The notes beneath the pieces were generated by a model. The model was not told where the DNA came from. It was given only the letters and a program-made list of their open reading frames with translations, and searched no databases. This document shows, one piece after another, positions 13,501-27,590 of a stretch of DNA of 64,000 nucleotides. Where the stretch lies: assembly GCF_036321535.1 (NCBI RefSeq), contig NC_087436.1, forward strand, positions 108,564,001 through 108,628,000. The letters run 5' to 3'. Each line of letters begins with the position of its first letter. Positions within the stretch are counted from its first letter, which is position 1. The DNA comes from Camelus dromedarius (lineage: Eukaryota). Both the position numbers and the translations under genes were made by a program.

Positions 13501-15218
13501 AGAGGCAAAAATTCTCCTTATACATATTTTCCTTCAAATCATCGCTGATAATTTTCCTCAACTAAGACAATAAAAATTATGTAAATACCACCATTCAATG
13601 AAATCTAACATCTAGTTATTGAGTATCTACGATATGATAAGAATAATTATTATACTCCTTGCTATGGAAAAGGGGCAAAAACCGGACTCCTTGTCCCTAA
13701 GACACTCACAGACTAGTTTACATACATGCCACACTTGACCAGAAAGACGAATAGCAATATGCAGTTATTAAAAGCAACAAACAAATGATTGTTCCAAATA
13801 ATATATGCCGGTGGGGCTGGAGAGGAGGTAGGAAAGGCTTCATGGAGGAAACTGGGGTGCTGAGGGCCTTGAAAGTGATGGAGTGTGGAGAGGGACTTTC
13901 CAGTCATGGAAACTAACTTGAGTTAATGCCCTCTTGCAGAAAGGAAGGAGCGCCAGGGGTATGCTAGTTCGGCTAGATGAGTGGATATTGCTGGGAGAAA
14001 GGTCAGAAAGAAGACTGGACAAGTGGGTGTGTGTCAAGTCTTTCTCATGCTGCGTCACTCTGACACTCACCTTCCTGCCTCCCTCTAACACTTGTGACCC
14101 TTATGAATGCAGTGAGCCCACCCGCACGATCCAGCATCATCTCCCAATTCAAGATTCTCAACTTAACTACATGTGCAAAGTCCCCGTTGCTGTGTTAGGT
14201 AACATATTCCCACGTCTGGAGATGAGGACTTGGATGTCTCTAGGAGGCAGTTATTCTACCTACCACGGGGTGCAAACCAATTGTGAGAGAACAAAAGAGA
14301 AGTGCTTTGCCTCTGCCCAGGGAGGTATTGGGAAAGACTTCAGAATTTGAGATTTTAGGATCAGTAAGTGATTCCTAGGGGGAATAAAAATGAGGACAGA
14401 ATTTCTCAACAGAAAACCACAGCATGAAAAACATATGTGTGCCTGAAGAAATACAGAAATAATAATTTTGTCATCCAAGGCAAGATGTAAGTATAATAAG
14501 AAAAAAAATAAGATGGAAGAATCAAGTGGAAAATAGAGCATTTGAACTGGGTTTTGAGGAAACAATAATATTTAAACAGTTTGAATGGGATCCAAAGAAG
14601 GCAGGAGTGAGAGGAAACTGGAAAAGGGAAGAGGATTCCAGGTGGCAGAAACGGCACCAGGAAAGGCATAGCAACAGGAATGGCTGGGCACATTCACTTT
14701 GACTCCAGCCTGGGGTGCAAAGGATGTGTTGGGAAATGTTGTCATCAAAAGTTTCTTTTAAATTCAAAACTGATGCTTCAGGATTCAAAACCAAACCAAA
14801 ACAAAAAGATAAGGCATAGGAAAAAGAACTCATTTGGGGAAAATACATTTTTCAAGAAGCAATATTTCTAAACATGTTCATACCAACATCTAAAGTTTTC
14901 CATTACTATGGAAATTTTTCCTGTTACTAAGTTCTCCACTGCTTTTTCCATTACTATGTCAGTAGCCTAATCATAATTATCCTTTATCAAGTTCTTATGC
15001 ACTGACACAGTGGTTAGTGCTGAGTTAAGAATTGTTAGCCCTATTGACCAGATGAAGAACAGAGGGTCTGACAAGATAAAGCATTGCTTTAAGTTACCCA
15101 GAGGCAGATCCAGGATATTTCTTTAAAAATACTTTACAATAAAACTATAAGAAGCTAAAATAGTTTGCCAATTTGATAAAGTGCAGAATTAAAAGAAACC
15201 TCTTTTTTTCCCCTAAAG
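10600..15218 (+). pseudogene. DHC_N1 C-terminal exon remnants (approx. 10600-10760, 12412-12570, 13290-13480, 14745-14880, 15140-15218)
   Basis: SDLKVKGHEAL..LKKYPALHL*HSTDF ~ DNAH5-type DSTIEGLEDM..IKKKEYNFLDQRKMDF; LLRVLGRYEQNIVRI ~ YQLILENYGADIDMI; FSLPDSSMIRIYS; KELIWG; NLIKCRIKRNL ~ NDLIEFRIDAIL. Acceptor ttttcag ends at 12411, donor gt at 15219. Confidence 0.55.
11723..12321 (-). mobile_element. MLT1E/F-type LTR
   Basis: tattagttttctattaccatgtaacaaattacc...ggcttaaaac...ttctgcccactac. Confidence 0.85.
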
Positions 15219-16769
15219 GTATGGTATCTTCAAATTTGTAAAGGATTACATAAAAAAGAAATGAAAAAAGGAAAAAATGGAAGAGGGAAGATAAAGAATT
15301 CCTCCTGACTTCCCTGATTAGAAAACTTGAAGACTCACCTATTGAGAATTGAGAGATGCCTCTTACAGGCATTAAGTGCTTAGACTATTTACCATCTCTG
15401 GAAATGCCACTCACTGCTGCTCTCTTTTGGCTGAAAGGGTTACTTTTTCTCCATGAAGTTACAGCGATTTGCAGTGGGATGGGCGACTCTTCTAGGACAC
15501 CAGTGAGCAGACAGGTACCAGAATTTCAAAGGGGCTCTGAGGTCTTTCTGCCCTTGAAAATTAACCATGAGAGTTACTCCTTTATCTTGTTCCACCTTGA
15601 TCCTTATTGCTAAAACATTTCACCATAAGGATAGGATAGAAAAAGTAGATGTTAACGTGATGTATTTGTTAGTTTAGTAGGATGTTCAATGGAATGGAAC
15701 ACAGACGTCAGTCTTGAGAAAGGGCTAGACGTTCACAGGATCTAAGCATAATACAGACATACCTGAGGTTGTGTAGATCAACGGTGTGAAGTCAGGAGAG
15801 GTCTCAGAGAAGGTTCTCAAGGAGAAGGAATAGTGGCCTCTGAAGGCAAATTTTGCCAAATCAGTAGTCTGGCCTGAAACTCAGGAGTCTGACTGAAGCC
15901 TGCATTCTCTACCTTGCTGGAAACCTGCAGCAATGGTACTGAACTTGACAAGTTGGCTTGGATTGGAAGATGACTGCCTATCATGTCTCTTAAATGTATA
16001 GGTCACTGAACTGCGTCCCAGGAGAATTGTAATCAACTTAGGTTTCCAAGATGCTCTCAAAGGAAGAAATGGAGGAGAGGAGAGAAACCATCTGGAACTT
16101 CCTGGTTAGAACCCAGCTCTAGCGGTTGGGCAGTTTCCTCAAGATTCAGCACACTAGGCTTCTAGCTAATCTAATTAGGCCCCTTGTTGGCCTACTCCCT
16201 GTGACTGGCGTAATCACACGTTTCAGTGCGGCGATGCTTGGAAGAAGGTTGCACGCTTGAGTCTGTGTATTTTGCTGCTTCCGTTGTTCCTTCTAAAAAG
16301 TATCCTTTGCTAATTTTCCCAAAAGATTACTAGATTCCTCCAGTGGTTATTTGTTCTTCAGGCAAGTCATTAGGTGGGGAACAGAAAGTCAGAAAACAAA
16401 ACACTTTGTACCATAGGCCATTAAACAGTTGTAAATAAAATTAAAACCCAGAGATATGTTGGGACCTTGGGGCAAGGCAAGCATCTGGAAACATTTTCAA
16501 GGCTCGGAAAATTTAAGGCATTATTTTAAATTACACAGTTAGTGTCAGAGCTAAGGCTGTGCTCTAAAAACAACTTTCTCCAGGTACCTGCAGAGTTTAT
16601 TTCAAGCCTGTGGTAACATAACTTTGTTTTGGAAAGTACACATTCTGCTACTTAGGTTGGATTAAAAAACTAATGGCAACAGTTAGGATTTACTGATCAT
16701 TTACTTTGTACCAAGGACTATTAAGCACTTAATATGGGATATTTCAATGACTATTTGTAAAAACATTAT

Positions 16770-17456
16770 TGCTGCGTCCAGCGCAGCTCGGGACGGTGTC
16801 TGAGGATGGGCGACGCAAGACTTAAGAAACAAAGAGACAAAGTAAAGAGCAAAGATGGGACCAGGGGACTCAAGATCTCGTGGATCTAGAGCGCCAAAAG
16901 CCTGGTCGACATTGTGTTTGTTAGGAGTATACAGCTCAGAAAAAAATGCGATCAAAGAGGTGGGGCTTTAGATATTTCAAGCGACAAGCACTAAGTTCTG
17001 TTTGTTGGTTAACTGATTAATTTCAGGCCTGTCCCTCCCAGGAACAATCACCCTCCTCGGGGTATGCAGAATTTCTGAGTCTATCCTGTTATTGCCTCCG
17101 GGACATCTCAAGATAGCAAATATTTCCCCTGGGCTTAACCGCATGCTTTCATTGCCAGAACAAAGTTCTGTTAATGGATGATCTGGCTTTCTAGGACCAG
17201 CTATTATTTTACCCTAAGGAAATATCTGCCCTCCTTCTTGCCCTTATGGTCGATCTCAGGATTTCTCCTTACAAATTTTCTTTAGCATAATACATGCTAT
17301 AGGTCATCTACTATGTAAAACATTAAAACAAAGCAAGCATGTGCATTTTAAGCAAGTGTGACTGTAATATTTTAAGCTCATGGAAATCTAGATGTGGCTT
17401 GTTTTCTAGCTGCTTGTTGTCCAGTGGCCTGTTTTCCAGCAGCTTGTTTCCCAGCC
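16770..17456 (-). mobile_element. Young endogenous retrovirus solo LTR (ERV2/beta-like) inserted into a MIR
   Basis: TG start, CpG-rich, 6-bp TSD cattat (16764-16769) / cgttat (17457-17462). The MIR reads continuously across the insertion. Confidence 0.75.
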
Positions 17457-17649
17457 CGTTATGAGGTGGGTATAATTACTTACCCCATTTGACAAAAGAG
17501 GAAGGGGGAGCTCAGTGACATTCGGTAATTGACCCAAGGCAATTTGGCTAATAGGTGGCAGAACCCCAAGTAAAACCTGTTGTGTTAGGGCTTCTGAGCC
17601 CAAGTTTGTCCTCACTGTGCAATTCTAGGAGTACTCACAGCATGCAAAT

Positions 17650-17950
17650 ACTCATGCTGATTAGTGAAATTAGCCAGTCACAGGACAAATACTGCATGAT
17701 TCTTCTTATATGAGGAATCTAAAATAGCCACACTCATAGGAACAGAGAATAGACTGGTGGTTACCCTTCTGTGGGGAGGGAGAAGTGGAGAGTTGCTGTT
17801 CAACGGATGTGCAGTTTGTTACGCAAGATGAGTAAGTTCCAGAGATCTGTGGTGCAATATTGTGCCCGTGGTCAACAATACTCTACCGTACACTTCAACA
17901 TTTGTCAAGAGGGTAAATCTCATGTGAAGTGTTCTTACCGCTATAAGAAA
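17650..17950 (+). mobile_element. L1MA/MB 3' UTR fragment
   Basis: gtgaaattagccagtcacaggacaaatactgcatgattc...gttccagagatctg. Confidence 0.85.
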
Positions 17951-20749
17951 GTGATGATTAATTGCACATCCTTGAGTTAGGGGTCCAGTAGCTCCTCATT
18001 CAAATTAAGTTTTTCTGCATAAGAATATGTATCATAGCCTATGAAGTCATTTTAACAACTGCAGTTATCTAGTACCAGTCCCTATCGTTTCGAAAGCACT
18101 GTTTCTTTCCTCTTTGACCCATCCTACATCTCTGCTAATCTTAATGGAAGAGAATAATGCTTTTGACCAGCAGAGAGCAGCAATGATATATTTTATAAGA
18201 GCAACTCTGGCGAACCCGACCATCTTTTCTAAAATGTCTATTTTGCAAGACTTTCTTGAGGACCCCAGTCTCTGAGTGGTTTATTGTTAAAAGATCCTGG
18301 AGATTCCTTGAACTCAGCTTACGAGGTTGTTGCTGCTGGCCTGGGTCTCCATCCCATGGAATAGTCCCACTGGTGCCAAGGGAAGCATCAGCCCCTGCTT
18401 ACAGCTTTGCCTCCTGGTGCTGCCAGCAGGGGCCAGCTGCCTGGGTCAAGAACTCTCTCTCCATCATGGTGGTTTCTGTCTTTATTGCCCAGCACTGTTC
18501 AAGGCCAGAGGTTGTGGGTGCTTTTTGGAGTTTGTATGGTATTCTACGTTGACCCATAGCATAGCCTTGTGTGAAAGACTATTAAGGATCTTTGGGAATA
18601 ATGGAAGGGATCACATTGATGAAGGAGTAGACAGAGAACATACGTTTGGGGGATGTATGTTTTCAGAAAACAGGAGTGTAGAAGATAGAATTGGAACCTA
18701 CCAAAGAACACAGAGAAGGAAGAATCTGTGAGTAGAAGCCAAGAGAAATTTTAAGAATAGGATATCCAGTTTGTAAAGCCCCTTGGTGATGGAATGTGAA
18801 CTTAGAAAAGTTACTGACTTTGGAAACGGATGGTTTGGAGGGGGACGTCAAACAACTTTGGTCTCATTTTGTGGACTCAGGCTAGATTATTACATGGAGT
18901 CGGAGGCAAGCAGTTAAGAAAGAATCACACAGAAGCAAGTTGGTGTCAAAGCAACTTGGGAAAGAGGAAAGACCCTTTTTTGCTTCGATACAGAAGGGAA
19001 GTGGAAAGGTGTGAATAATGACACAGGGAGACTTGAAATTGGAACAGAAATGAATGGCCTCAGTCTGCTCAGTAAAGCAAAAGGCCTTGGCTTTCTGGTG
19101 TAGGTGTGCTTGTTTCTCTGAGGGTTGGTGGCTTGAGAGTAGGAAATAGAAAATGAAATATAGTTTAATAAAAAGAATGATATAAAGTCTTCTGAATTTA
19201 AGCTGAGATCATATAAAAAGAGATTGTGGTAGAATAAAAAAAACTGTAATATTTTTATCTTAATTACTTGAGACTTTCAGTGTTCAGAAGAGAGTGAGTA
19301 GTAAGATTTACTGGGTCGGTGGCAAAGATTAGGATGGTGGAAGATCAAGGTGGTTGATGATTCCAGGGGAAGGATGGTTGCATTGTCTGATCTTGGAGTC
19401 TAGACAGAATACAAGACAAGAACAGGTCAGGCACCGTGGTGCACTGGGGAATATGAGTTTGAGAAAATGAGAGTCCCGGAGGGTCCTTAAGAATACAGGA
19501 TGCAGAAGGACTGGTTTTCCAGTTGCCTCACTAATCTACCTTGATCCTTTTTAGTTCTGGGCACATAAAAGATAATATATATTGCTCAATAAGTTGACAA
19601 TGGTTGTTAAACCCAGACCATTTTCAAAATATTCAACTTGTATATGCCAGGAAATGAGCACCTTTTGCTATAAATAGAAAAAAACCTAGAGACATTTAAA
19701 GTAGGAATATCTTAACTACCTGTTCCTCTGCCCCACTCCCAGCCATCACCCTAAGAGAGAAGACTTAGTATCATGTAATAATTACCAGTGAGGCAATTAA
19801 GGAATTCCCATCCCTAAAAAAAGGGTTATTTTGACATTTTCCAGACCTCCTTATTCTAACATCCTATCAGTTGTATCTGCTGCACAGCCGCACACCCATA
19901 AATAGGCCTTTGCCCTTCACCTGCGCTGGCCTGTGGACTCCAGGCTCACATCTTCAGAGCTCTTGAGGTCTAGAAAGCTAAAGCTGGAAGATTCCTTGGG
20001 AGCGGTGAGCAGTGAGACCATATAATTTACTTTCCAAACCAACACACCTTTGAGAGAGAAAGAGGGCACTTTTAATAATTAGCCAGAGCACAAGTAAAAA
20101 CTGAGGGTGTCGCCTAATGGAGCCCCTTGTTCCACAGATGAGGAATGAAGGCTTTAAGGAGGGAAAGAGCTTTCTCCTAATCCAGTGTCTCCATTCAACA
20201 AAGATTTGGATAAATATTGGAAGCCTCGGATGATTTGCTGGGTGCTAGGTTATAAAAGCCAGTGGCAAATCCAATTCTGCCAAATGTACAAACACCTAGT
20301 AGCAAGTGGCATAAGGTATGCAGATGACACAAGCTGTCCTTAGCCCCTCGGTGAGTCTCCTGCTCTTGGCCCTTTTATGCACCTTGATAAACATTTTATG
20401 TGAAAGATCCTGAAGCATATGTAACATAGTCCTTTCTCTTTACATTTTAAATGATTTATTTTGAACTATTTTTGAACCAGAGAAAGCCTACCAGAACAGC
20501 ACAATATCCTGTCCTTCATTTCACCCAGATTCCCCACGTGCCTCTCTCTTTCTTGCTCTCTCTCCCAGTTCATGCTTTCTGAATCAAGAATCAACAGCAA
20601 TACCAGTCAGCACTACCATACAATCCAGTGACCCCATCTGAGAAACTGTATCTGGAAGGTAGTTTTTCTCATGTGAACTAATTGTCCCTGAGCTTTAGAT
20701 TGAAGTTATTTTATACACAAGTATACATCATATCATTTATACCAAAGTA

Positions 20750-21340
20750 CCTTTTAACTTTTTTATCAAAGTGTCATGTATGTTCAGAAACATACACATG
20801 TCCTAAACTTACATCTTGATGGATTTTTACAAACTGGACACACTTGTGTAACCACTGACTAGATCAGGAACATACCCAGCCTCCCCGAAACCATCCTCAT
20901 GCTCCTTCCAGTCAGTATGCCCTCCCTCTACGGTCACCACCATCCTGATTTCTAACAGCAGAGATGAATTTTTGCTTTTGGTTCTCCATGTAAATGTGAA
21001 ATATACAGGGTGTGCTTTTTGTTGTTGACATCATCTGCTCGGAGTTATCTTCCCAGCATTCATCCACGTTGCTGTTGTGTGTGTTTATAGGGTTCTTTTT
21101 GCTGCATGGTGTTCTATGTGTGACTAGGCCGTAATCATTGTCTCTATTCTGTTGTCTATGCTGTTTAATTTTTCTATTATTGATGGTCACTTTGGTCACT
21201 TCTGAGTTGTGGCTTTTAAAAAAATGTGCTGCTGTGAACAGTCAGCTACATATTCTGGTGAGCATCTATACACCTTTCTGTTGGATATATAGAGGGGTGA
21301 CGTTAGTGAGTCATGACATACGCAGATGTTCGACTTTATA
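20750..21340 (-). mobile_element. Old L1 (L1MC/ME) 3' fragment
   Basis: gatggatttttacaaactggacacacttgtgtaaccac...gctgctgtgaaca. Confidence 0.8.
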
Positions 21341-24300
21341 CTGTAGTATTGTTAAGCTACTTACAGTTGACATAACATCAGTTATTTTGCAAATCTGTAA
21401 ATAACAGAACCAGGACAAAACCCCAGAGCTATTAATCCTACTCTACTAACCCTATTATCACTCATTCACCCCTTAGCATACTTATATACAGCTACTGTGC
21501 AGACAGTCCTGGGCGCTATAGTACAAATAACTAGCCACTTCCATCCCCTCTCTTCACCTTCAAGGAATTAACAGTAAGGTGGAATCTATTAAGGATTAGG
21601 ATGAACCATAGAGCAATTTTTTAATACAAAGGAGGAGGATCAACATTACCCAGTGGAGAAGCTTCTTGGAACTGATGCTTCTGAATTGCATTTTGAAGAA
21701 TGGCTAGGAATTAGGCAGATGATAAAGGAAGAGAAAGGAATTTTATCTTGTGCAGTGGTTCAGTGGCAGAAAAACAGTGCAGTGACTCTCAAGCCCAGTT
21801 ATGCATTAGAATTATCCAGAAAATTTTTAGAAATATGCCTGGCGTCCATCTCAGACCAATTGTTAAGAATCTTGCACAGGTGAGGCCAAAGTGTCTATAA
21901 GTTTTACAGTATTGTCAGGGGATTCAAATGTAAGGACATGATTGAGAATCACTGGTTTAGTGGATTTACAGAACTGCAGGTTGTTCAGTATGGTTTACGC
22001 ATGTGGTAGGAGGGAGGAAGTGATAATAAAAACTGTAAAACTGAAGGTCAATGAGCAGGATATCCAAGGCTTCCTCCTTGGTCAAATGTTTTGACAAGGG
22101 AAATAAATAAATAAAACATTGACATTTTACGTAATTCAGGGTAAGTAGGGAGTGGTGGTTACAAAGTCCCCAAGTCAGTAATGCACAAAACATCATTTAC
22201 ATTCACACTGGTTTAATTAGCATTTCTGCTTCAACACCAGTTGCCTTATCTCACATTTTTTTGACACGTTGGTCCCAAGAACATCAATTTATGCCCAACA
22301 AATATGTTTTAAATAGCAAGCTTAGAGAATCTGCCCCTGAATAGTTTATATTTATAATAATGCCAGGTCTGTGTCTCTCTATACCGTGAGGTAGGAAACA
22401 TTCCCCAGTGCTGAGAACTTTGTAAATTCCAAGGTCAACAACAGCCGTTCACTGCTTTGGAAGTGGGGGTTTTGGATGCCAGCAGCAGCTGTGTGTGAGT
22501 GAAGCCAGAGCAAGAATATGTGACGTTTATACTTGAATTATACTCCCTACCCAAGAAACAGTAGAGTGTGGAGAAAGACCATGGTTTCTGTGATCAGAGA
22601 GCCCTGAATCCCTGTTTCCTGAAATCCCAGTTTCATCAATTCCCAGTAGGGTAATCCTGGAGACAGTCATTTAATCTCTCTGAACCAATCCTTTCTCATT
22701 TGTAAAATGGATGGATAACAAATACTTTATTGAGTGTGAACTCTCTCCCAAGCATTGCATGTTTGCTTTTAACAAGTACAACCTTATTTAATCCCCCAGT
22801 GAATGAACTACTATAAAGTAATTAGCATTAATAGCCCATTTTGTGTGTCAGGAAAAAGAAGCTTAGAACTTAAGTGACTGACTTCAAACCCTGATCTTTT
22901 ACTTATTGTATAACATTCACTTCTTAACACAAAACGTATCAAGAAATAGCATATTCTCTCTTTGTTTGGAAACAATTAGATATGTTAAAAAAAAAAAAAA
23001 AACAGCCCCCTGTTGATGTGCCCCTTAGCTGATCATAATATAAGCAAAAGATGGGCAGTGTATAAGCATGCACTGGTTCCAGTATGTTACTAGGGAGAAT
23101 CACTTCTCCCAGAAAAATGCCAAGAATTGTGCCTCATATCTTAAATGAAGTATTTACTGAGCATCTACTTTATGCCAGGTCCTCTTCTAGGCATTGTGTA
23201 TGAGAAGGGGTTGGAAAATCTCCACATTCAGTACTCTTTAGTCTCTTACGAAGGCAGGACATCTCAGGAACTGCATTCTTCATCCTCAATTCAAGGAGCC
23301 TCCTATATGGCTTAGTAGAGGGGTGAAAAAAAAAAACTGCTACAAATGTGCTTTTTTTGTTGTTGAGTGGTGTTTATTTATCTAAGAAACTGTTAACAGA
23401 AGTATAACTCCTGTGTTACATTCTGAAATATTGCTACTTCCTGAACAAGTACTAAGTTGATCTTTGCTTTGACAGTTTTTCAGTTGTGCGGGTGGTGGGA
23501 GGGGGTGGATGCTGAAAGCTCCAGGCTCCTTTTCTCTTCATTCTATGTGAGCATCTCTAAGCCTGGGCTTTTTTTCCTCTACTTTCCCTCCATATCTGTG
23601 TGACAGATGTTGATACTCCCTGTGTTTTTATGCTGTTCTAGCTTCTTGCAGCTCTTTGTAATACAGATGATTGAACAAGCCAATATGATTTATTCTAACT
23701 CCCCAGCTTATTAAATCAAGCACTTGAAGGTCAGTGTTAAACAGAAACAGACCAGGAGTTCTTTTAATAAACGTAGATGGTTATACAAGGCAAATGTGAC
23801 GGGAGCCAAGAGAACAGAGACTTCTGTTGTATGTTGTCTTCCATATACTCTTATAAATATAGATTTAAGCAGACAATGAATTTCTTGGCCCCAAAAGCCT
23901 GGAATGATTTTTTTATTCCTTTATAAACTTTTGTTTATGTGGGACATCACATTTAACAAAAAGTGATTGATCAAGGGGAGGCTTTAAAAATGGAAGCGTA
24001 ATGGCATCTAAATAGGAATAAAGCAAAAGGAGAATGCTGATGATTTCATAATTGAAGAGTATAATATTCTAGCCAAGATTTCTCTACGTTGACATGTTGG
24101 AGAGTTTCTGATATTCAGCATCTTAATTTATTCATTTTATTTCTTCAACAAATGTATGTTGAGCATCTATTTTCTGCTGGGTGATATTCTAAGTTCTGGG
24201 AATACCACAGGGAACAGAACAGGTAGAGTCATGCCACCATGGGGTTTACATTCCTCTGGGCACCTGTGGGATGCAGAATGTTGGGGATGGGGTGGAGGGC

Positions 24301-26147
24301 CAGATAAGATGGCAGTGCAGATGATAAACAAGTAAACAAATTATGAATGAGATAATTTTAGATAGAAAAGTGCTATGAAAAACAGAGTCATGAGTGACAG
24401 GGTGAAATATATCTTTATTTTTGGGTTGATGCAAAAGCAGTCCTTGAGATAAAGAATTGGAGGCAAGTGACTTATTTGAGAGTTGATCCCAAGAAGTATA
24501 GTGAGAAATCTCAGAGAACTGAAAGAATATTATGGAGGAAATCCTGCTGAGACCAGAGAACACCCTTTTGCTGACAGTGGGATGCAGAGAAAAAGTGCCC
24601 TTTTGTGGGACAGGACAGGTTGGTAAAGCCATGTTTGCAGATACCAGGGGGAGGGAAGACCTTTTGGAGGGTGTCCTCTTGACTCGAGAACTGAACGGTG
24701 AGGAAGACTTGGGCTTGTGAAGCTCTGAGCGCAGAATATTCCAGGTAGAGGGAGTAGCATGTGCAAGGGCCCAGAGGTGAAAACAAGCTTGCCTATTGTG
24801 GGAACAGAAAGACCAGTTCTGGGCCTGACTATGAAGTACCTCTGAGCTCAAGGTGAGGATTTTGGATGTGACATTCATGCTTGACCTTGGCTGAGAGCTC
24901 ATGGGAAAGCCTAGAGACCAGTCTTCTTTCCACCTTGATGGTTTGCCTTGGCAAGAAATAAACCTACTTTTAAAACTGTATCTTTTGATTTAAAGGCATC
25001 AGGGCACCATTGTTACGTGCTTTGTGTCTATAAAGAAACCATTTGGCTTCTCTGGACCACGGTTTTCTCTTGTGTGAGATGGGACTGTAGACTTGATCCC
25101 TTCCAGAAGTATGCTTATTCCTCTTCGCTAAATTGGAAGCACCAGGAGGGTAGAACTTTTTAAACCAGCTTCTCTTCCTCTTGCACAAAGTTGGTGCTTA
25201 ATACATATCCTTTGACCCAGTGTTGAATTTTGTGTTTCCCAATGGCTGTGGGCTTTGGAGTCAGATATACAATAGCTCAAAACTTCATAGCTGTCCTCCC
25301 TAGGACAAATGCTTTCATTCCTCAGAAACTCAGTTTCCCTGTGTGTTCAGAAGGGGTTTTCTTTGTAGTGCTGCTCTTAACAGAGAATCACCAGGATTAC
25401 ACGAGATACTGTGTGCGAAACCACCTTGTCCTACACCAAGTACTTACCTGATTTATTAGCATCCCATCTTTTGGCCCTACAAGGCCAGTGGGAGCTGATT
25501 CCTTGGCCATGATGGTCTCTAGGAAATGCTGACTGCAGTCCTGGGCTTCCAAAGAAAGATCATCGTTTGGATAACACAGCAGACCACATTTATTTTAGTC
25601 ATTAGAGTCTTTGATGTTGTGTTTATACTTCATAAAAGGTCATGGAAAACTGAAGCCAAACCTAGATTGGAAAGGTTGCAGGCTCGTCTGCTCCAGATGA
25701 TTGCAGAGAATTTATAACCTCAGGGGTCAGAATCATGAACTGAAGTCCCATTTTCACTCCTAATACTTTACATCTCAACCCTAATAACTGAAAGGGAATT
25801 GTTCAAATGAAGGAATCAGCTGTACAGTATAACCTCTGCCATCTGTCTGGGAAACCCTCCCTTTCCTCAAACCAAGAAAAATTAAAATAGCAAATAAGTT
25901 TTCAAAAAAAAGCTATGATTAGTATGCCCCTTATGGAATCTCTCCTCAGAATAGCTGTGCTAAAATATATAAAGAATGATGTGACCCTCTTACTTCACCT
26001 TTACCAATAAGAGGTTAGAATGGAATAGACCATTGTGTTGAGGAGTGGAAAGTGTAGTTGTTTTGTAACCTGATTGCAGAGACATTTAGCATTCAAAAAC
26101 CTTGTTATTCTCTTTTAGCTTCAAATCACCTGTAATTTATGGTATTC

Positions 26148-26331
26148 CAGTGGTTCTCAAGTGTGGTCTGAGCTAACTAGGCCATATGATCACCTGGGAA
26201 CTTGTTGAAAATGCAGATTATCAGCCTTGCCCCAGACCTATTGAATTAGAAGCTCTGGGGGTGGGCCTAGAAATCTGTTTTAACAAGTTCTCCTGGAGGC
26301 TCTGATACACATTTCAGTTTAAGAACCTCTG
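26148..26331. mobile_element. MER5A hAT-Charlie MITE (related copies ~10218-10392, ~21778-21955, ~30965-31140)
   Basis: cagtggttctcaa...aagaacctctg termini with the typical internal aaaatgcagatt motif. Confidence 0.85.
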
Positions 26332-27095
26332 CTTTATTCACCTTTCAAAGAGTGGGGGAGGGGAGCTTCTCTGGAGGAAAAGGCAAGAACAGGAGCATCA
26401 TTTGGTACTTGGGAGCCCATCCTCTCCAGGTCGGGCAGACCTCCCTGGGAACTCCTGTTTGCCTCCATTCTTTGGTGCCTTGGGTATCTGGAAACCACTT
26501 CCTACTTCACTATCCCCAAACCTCAAACCTCACCACTTCCCTTAAGCCTTGGGCTTGAATGACTAATGTCAGTTATCAGGGTTTTCCAGGGTAACAGTCC
26601 TAAGGGACTGAGATCATGTGGATGAGATCATGCTGATGAGGGAGGGGACAAATAAAAGTGTAAATAAAAGCTGCTCTTACCAGTCCATCCTGGAGCCAAA
26701 TATCTGTTGTCAATACTAAGTCAGCCTCACTGTCAAGGCAATGTCATAGAATAACCTTGGCCTTTACTTTGCTAAGAGCCTGTCTGTAGCTTTTTCATCT
26801 CTAAGTGTCACAGACTCCCTTCCTTTCTCCTAGTGCAGTTAGTGCCAGGCCCAGAAAGAGAGGGATCGGGGGAAAGCTGAAGAAGAAGAAAATGTCCTTC
26901 CATTAAAATATTTAACAAGCAACTCAGAGAGGGCAGACAGCAGGGAATGTCACAGTTGGAAAAGATTCTGGCCATAATTTAATCCAAACCACTTGTTTTC
27001 AGATGGAGGAAGCAGAGGCTATAAGAGGTGAACTAGCTTCTGAAGATCGCAGGTTAGAACTCAGGGCCCCCAAATGTGTGTTTTTCCCATGATCC

Positions 27096-27590
27096 CAGTA
27101 GTTTTCAAAATGGAGGCCCTGACCTGCACTCCAGGGGTCCCTGAGACCCTCTTAGAGGTCCAGAAAGTAAAAAATATTTTTGTAAAAATACTAAAACCTT
27201 TTCACTCTCTGACTTTCAAATACAGAGTTTTCCAAAGACTACATGCTGCTGATACCACAAATTAAAGAAGCAGATGTGAAAATCCAGCTAACCTATGAAA
27301 CCAGACAGAAAACAGATTTGTAAAGACACAAACCAATGTCACTCTTCTCACTATTTCTTTGTTTTAGAAAATTTAGTTCTTTTTCACAAAATATGTTATT
27401 TAGGGCATATAATGGATTCAGTTTCATTTTCATTAATTAATCAATAACATTTAAAAAAATCTTCCGTTTTAATGTTTAATATAGTAAATGCTGATAGATA
27501 AAACCTACATAAACAAAAGTTCTTTGTGGGCCTTAAAATTTTTTGAGTATAAAGAAGTCCTGAGATCATAAAGCTTCAAGATAGCTACTG
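27096..27590 (+). mobile_element. hAT-Charlie non-autonomous DNA transposon
   Basis: cagtagttttcaaaa...caggggtccctgagaccc...gatagctactg. Confidence 0.75.

Noticed and set aside
24246..24902. Longest ORF in the track (218 aa)
   Set aside because: It lies within L2 and LTR remnants and shows no protein-family features.
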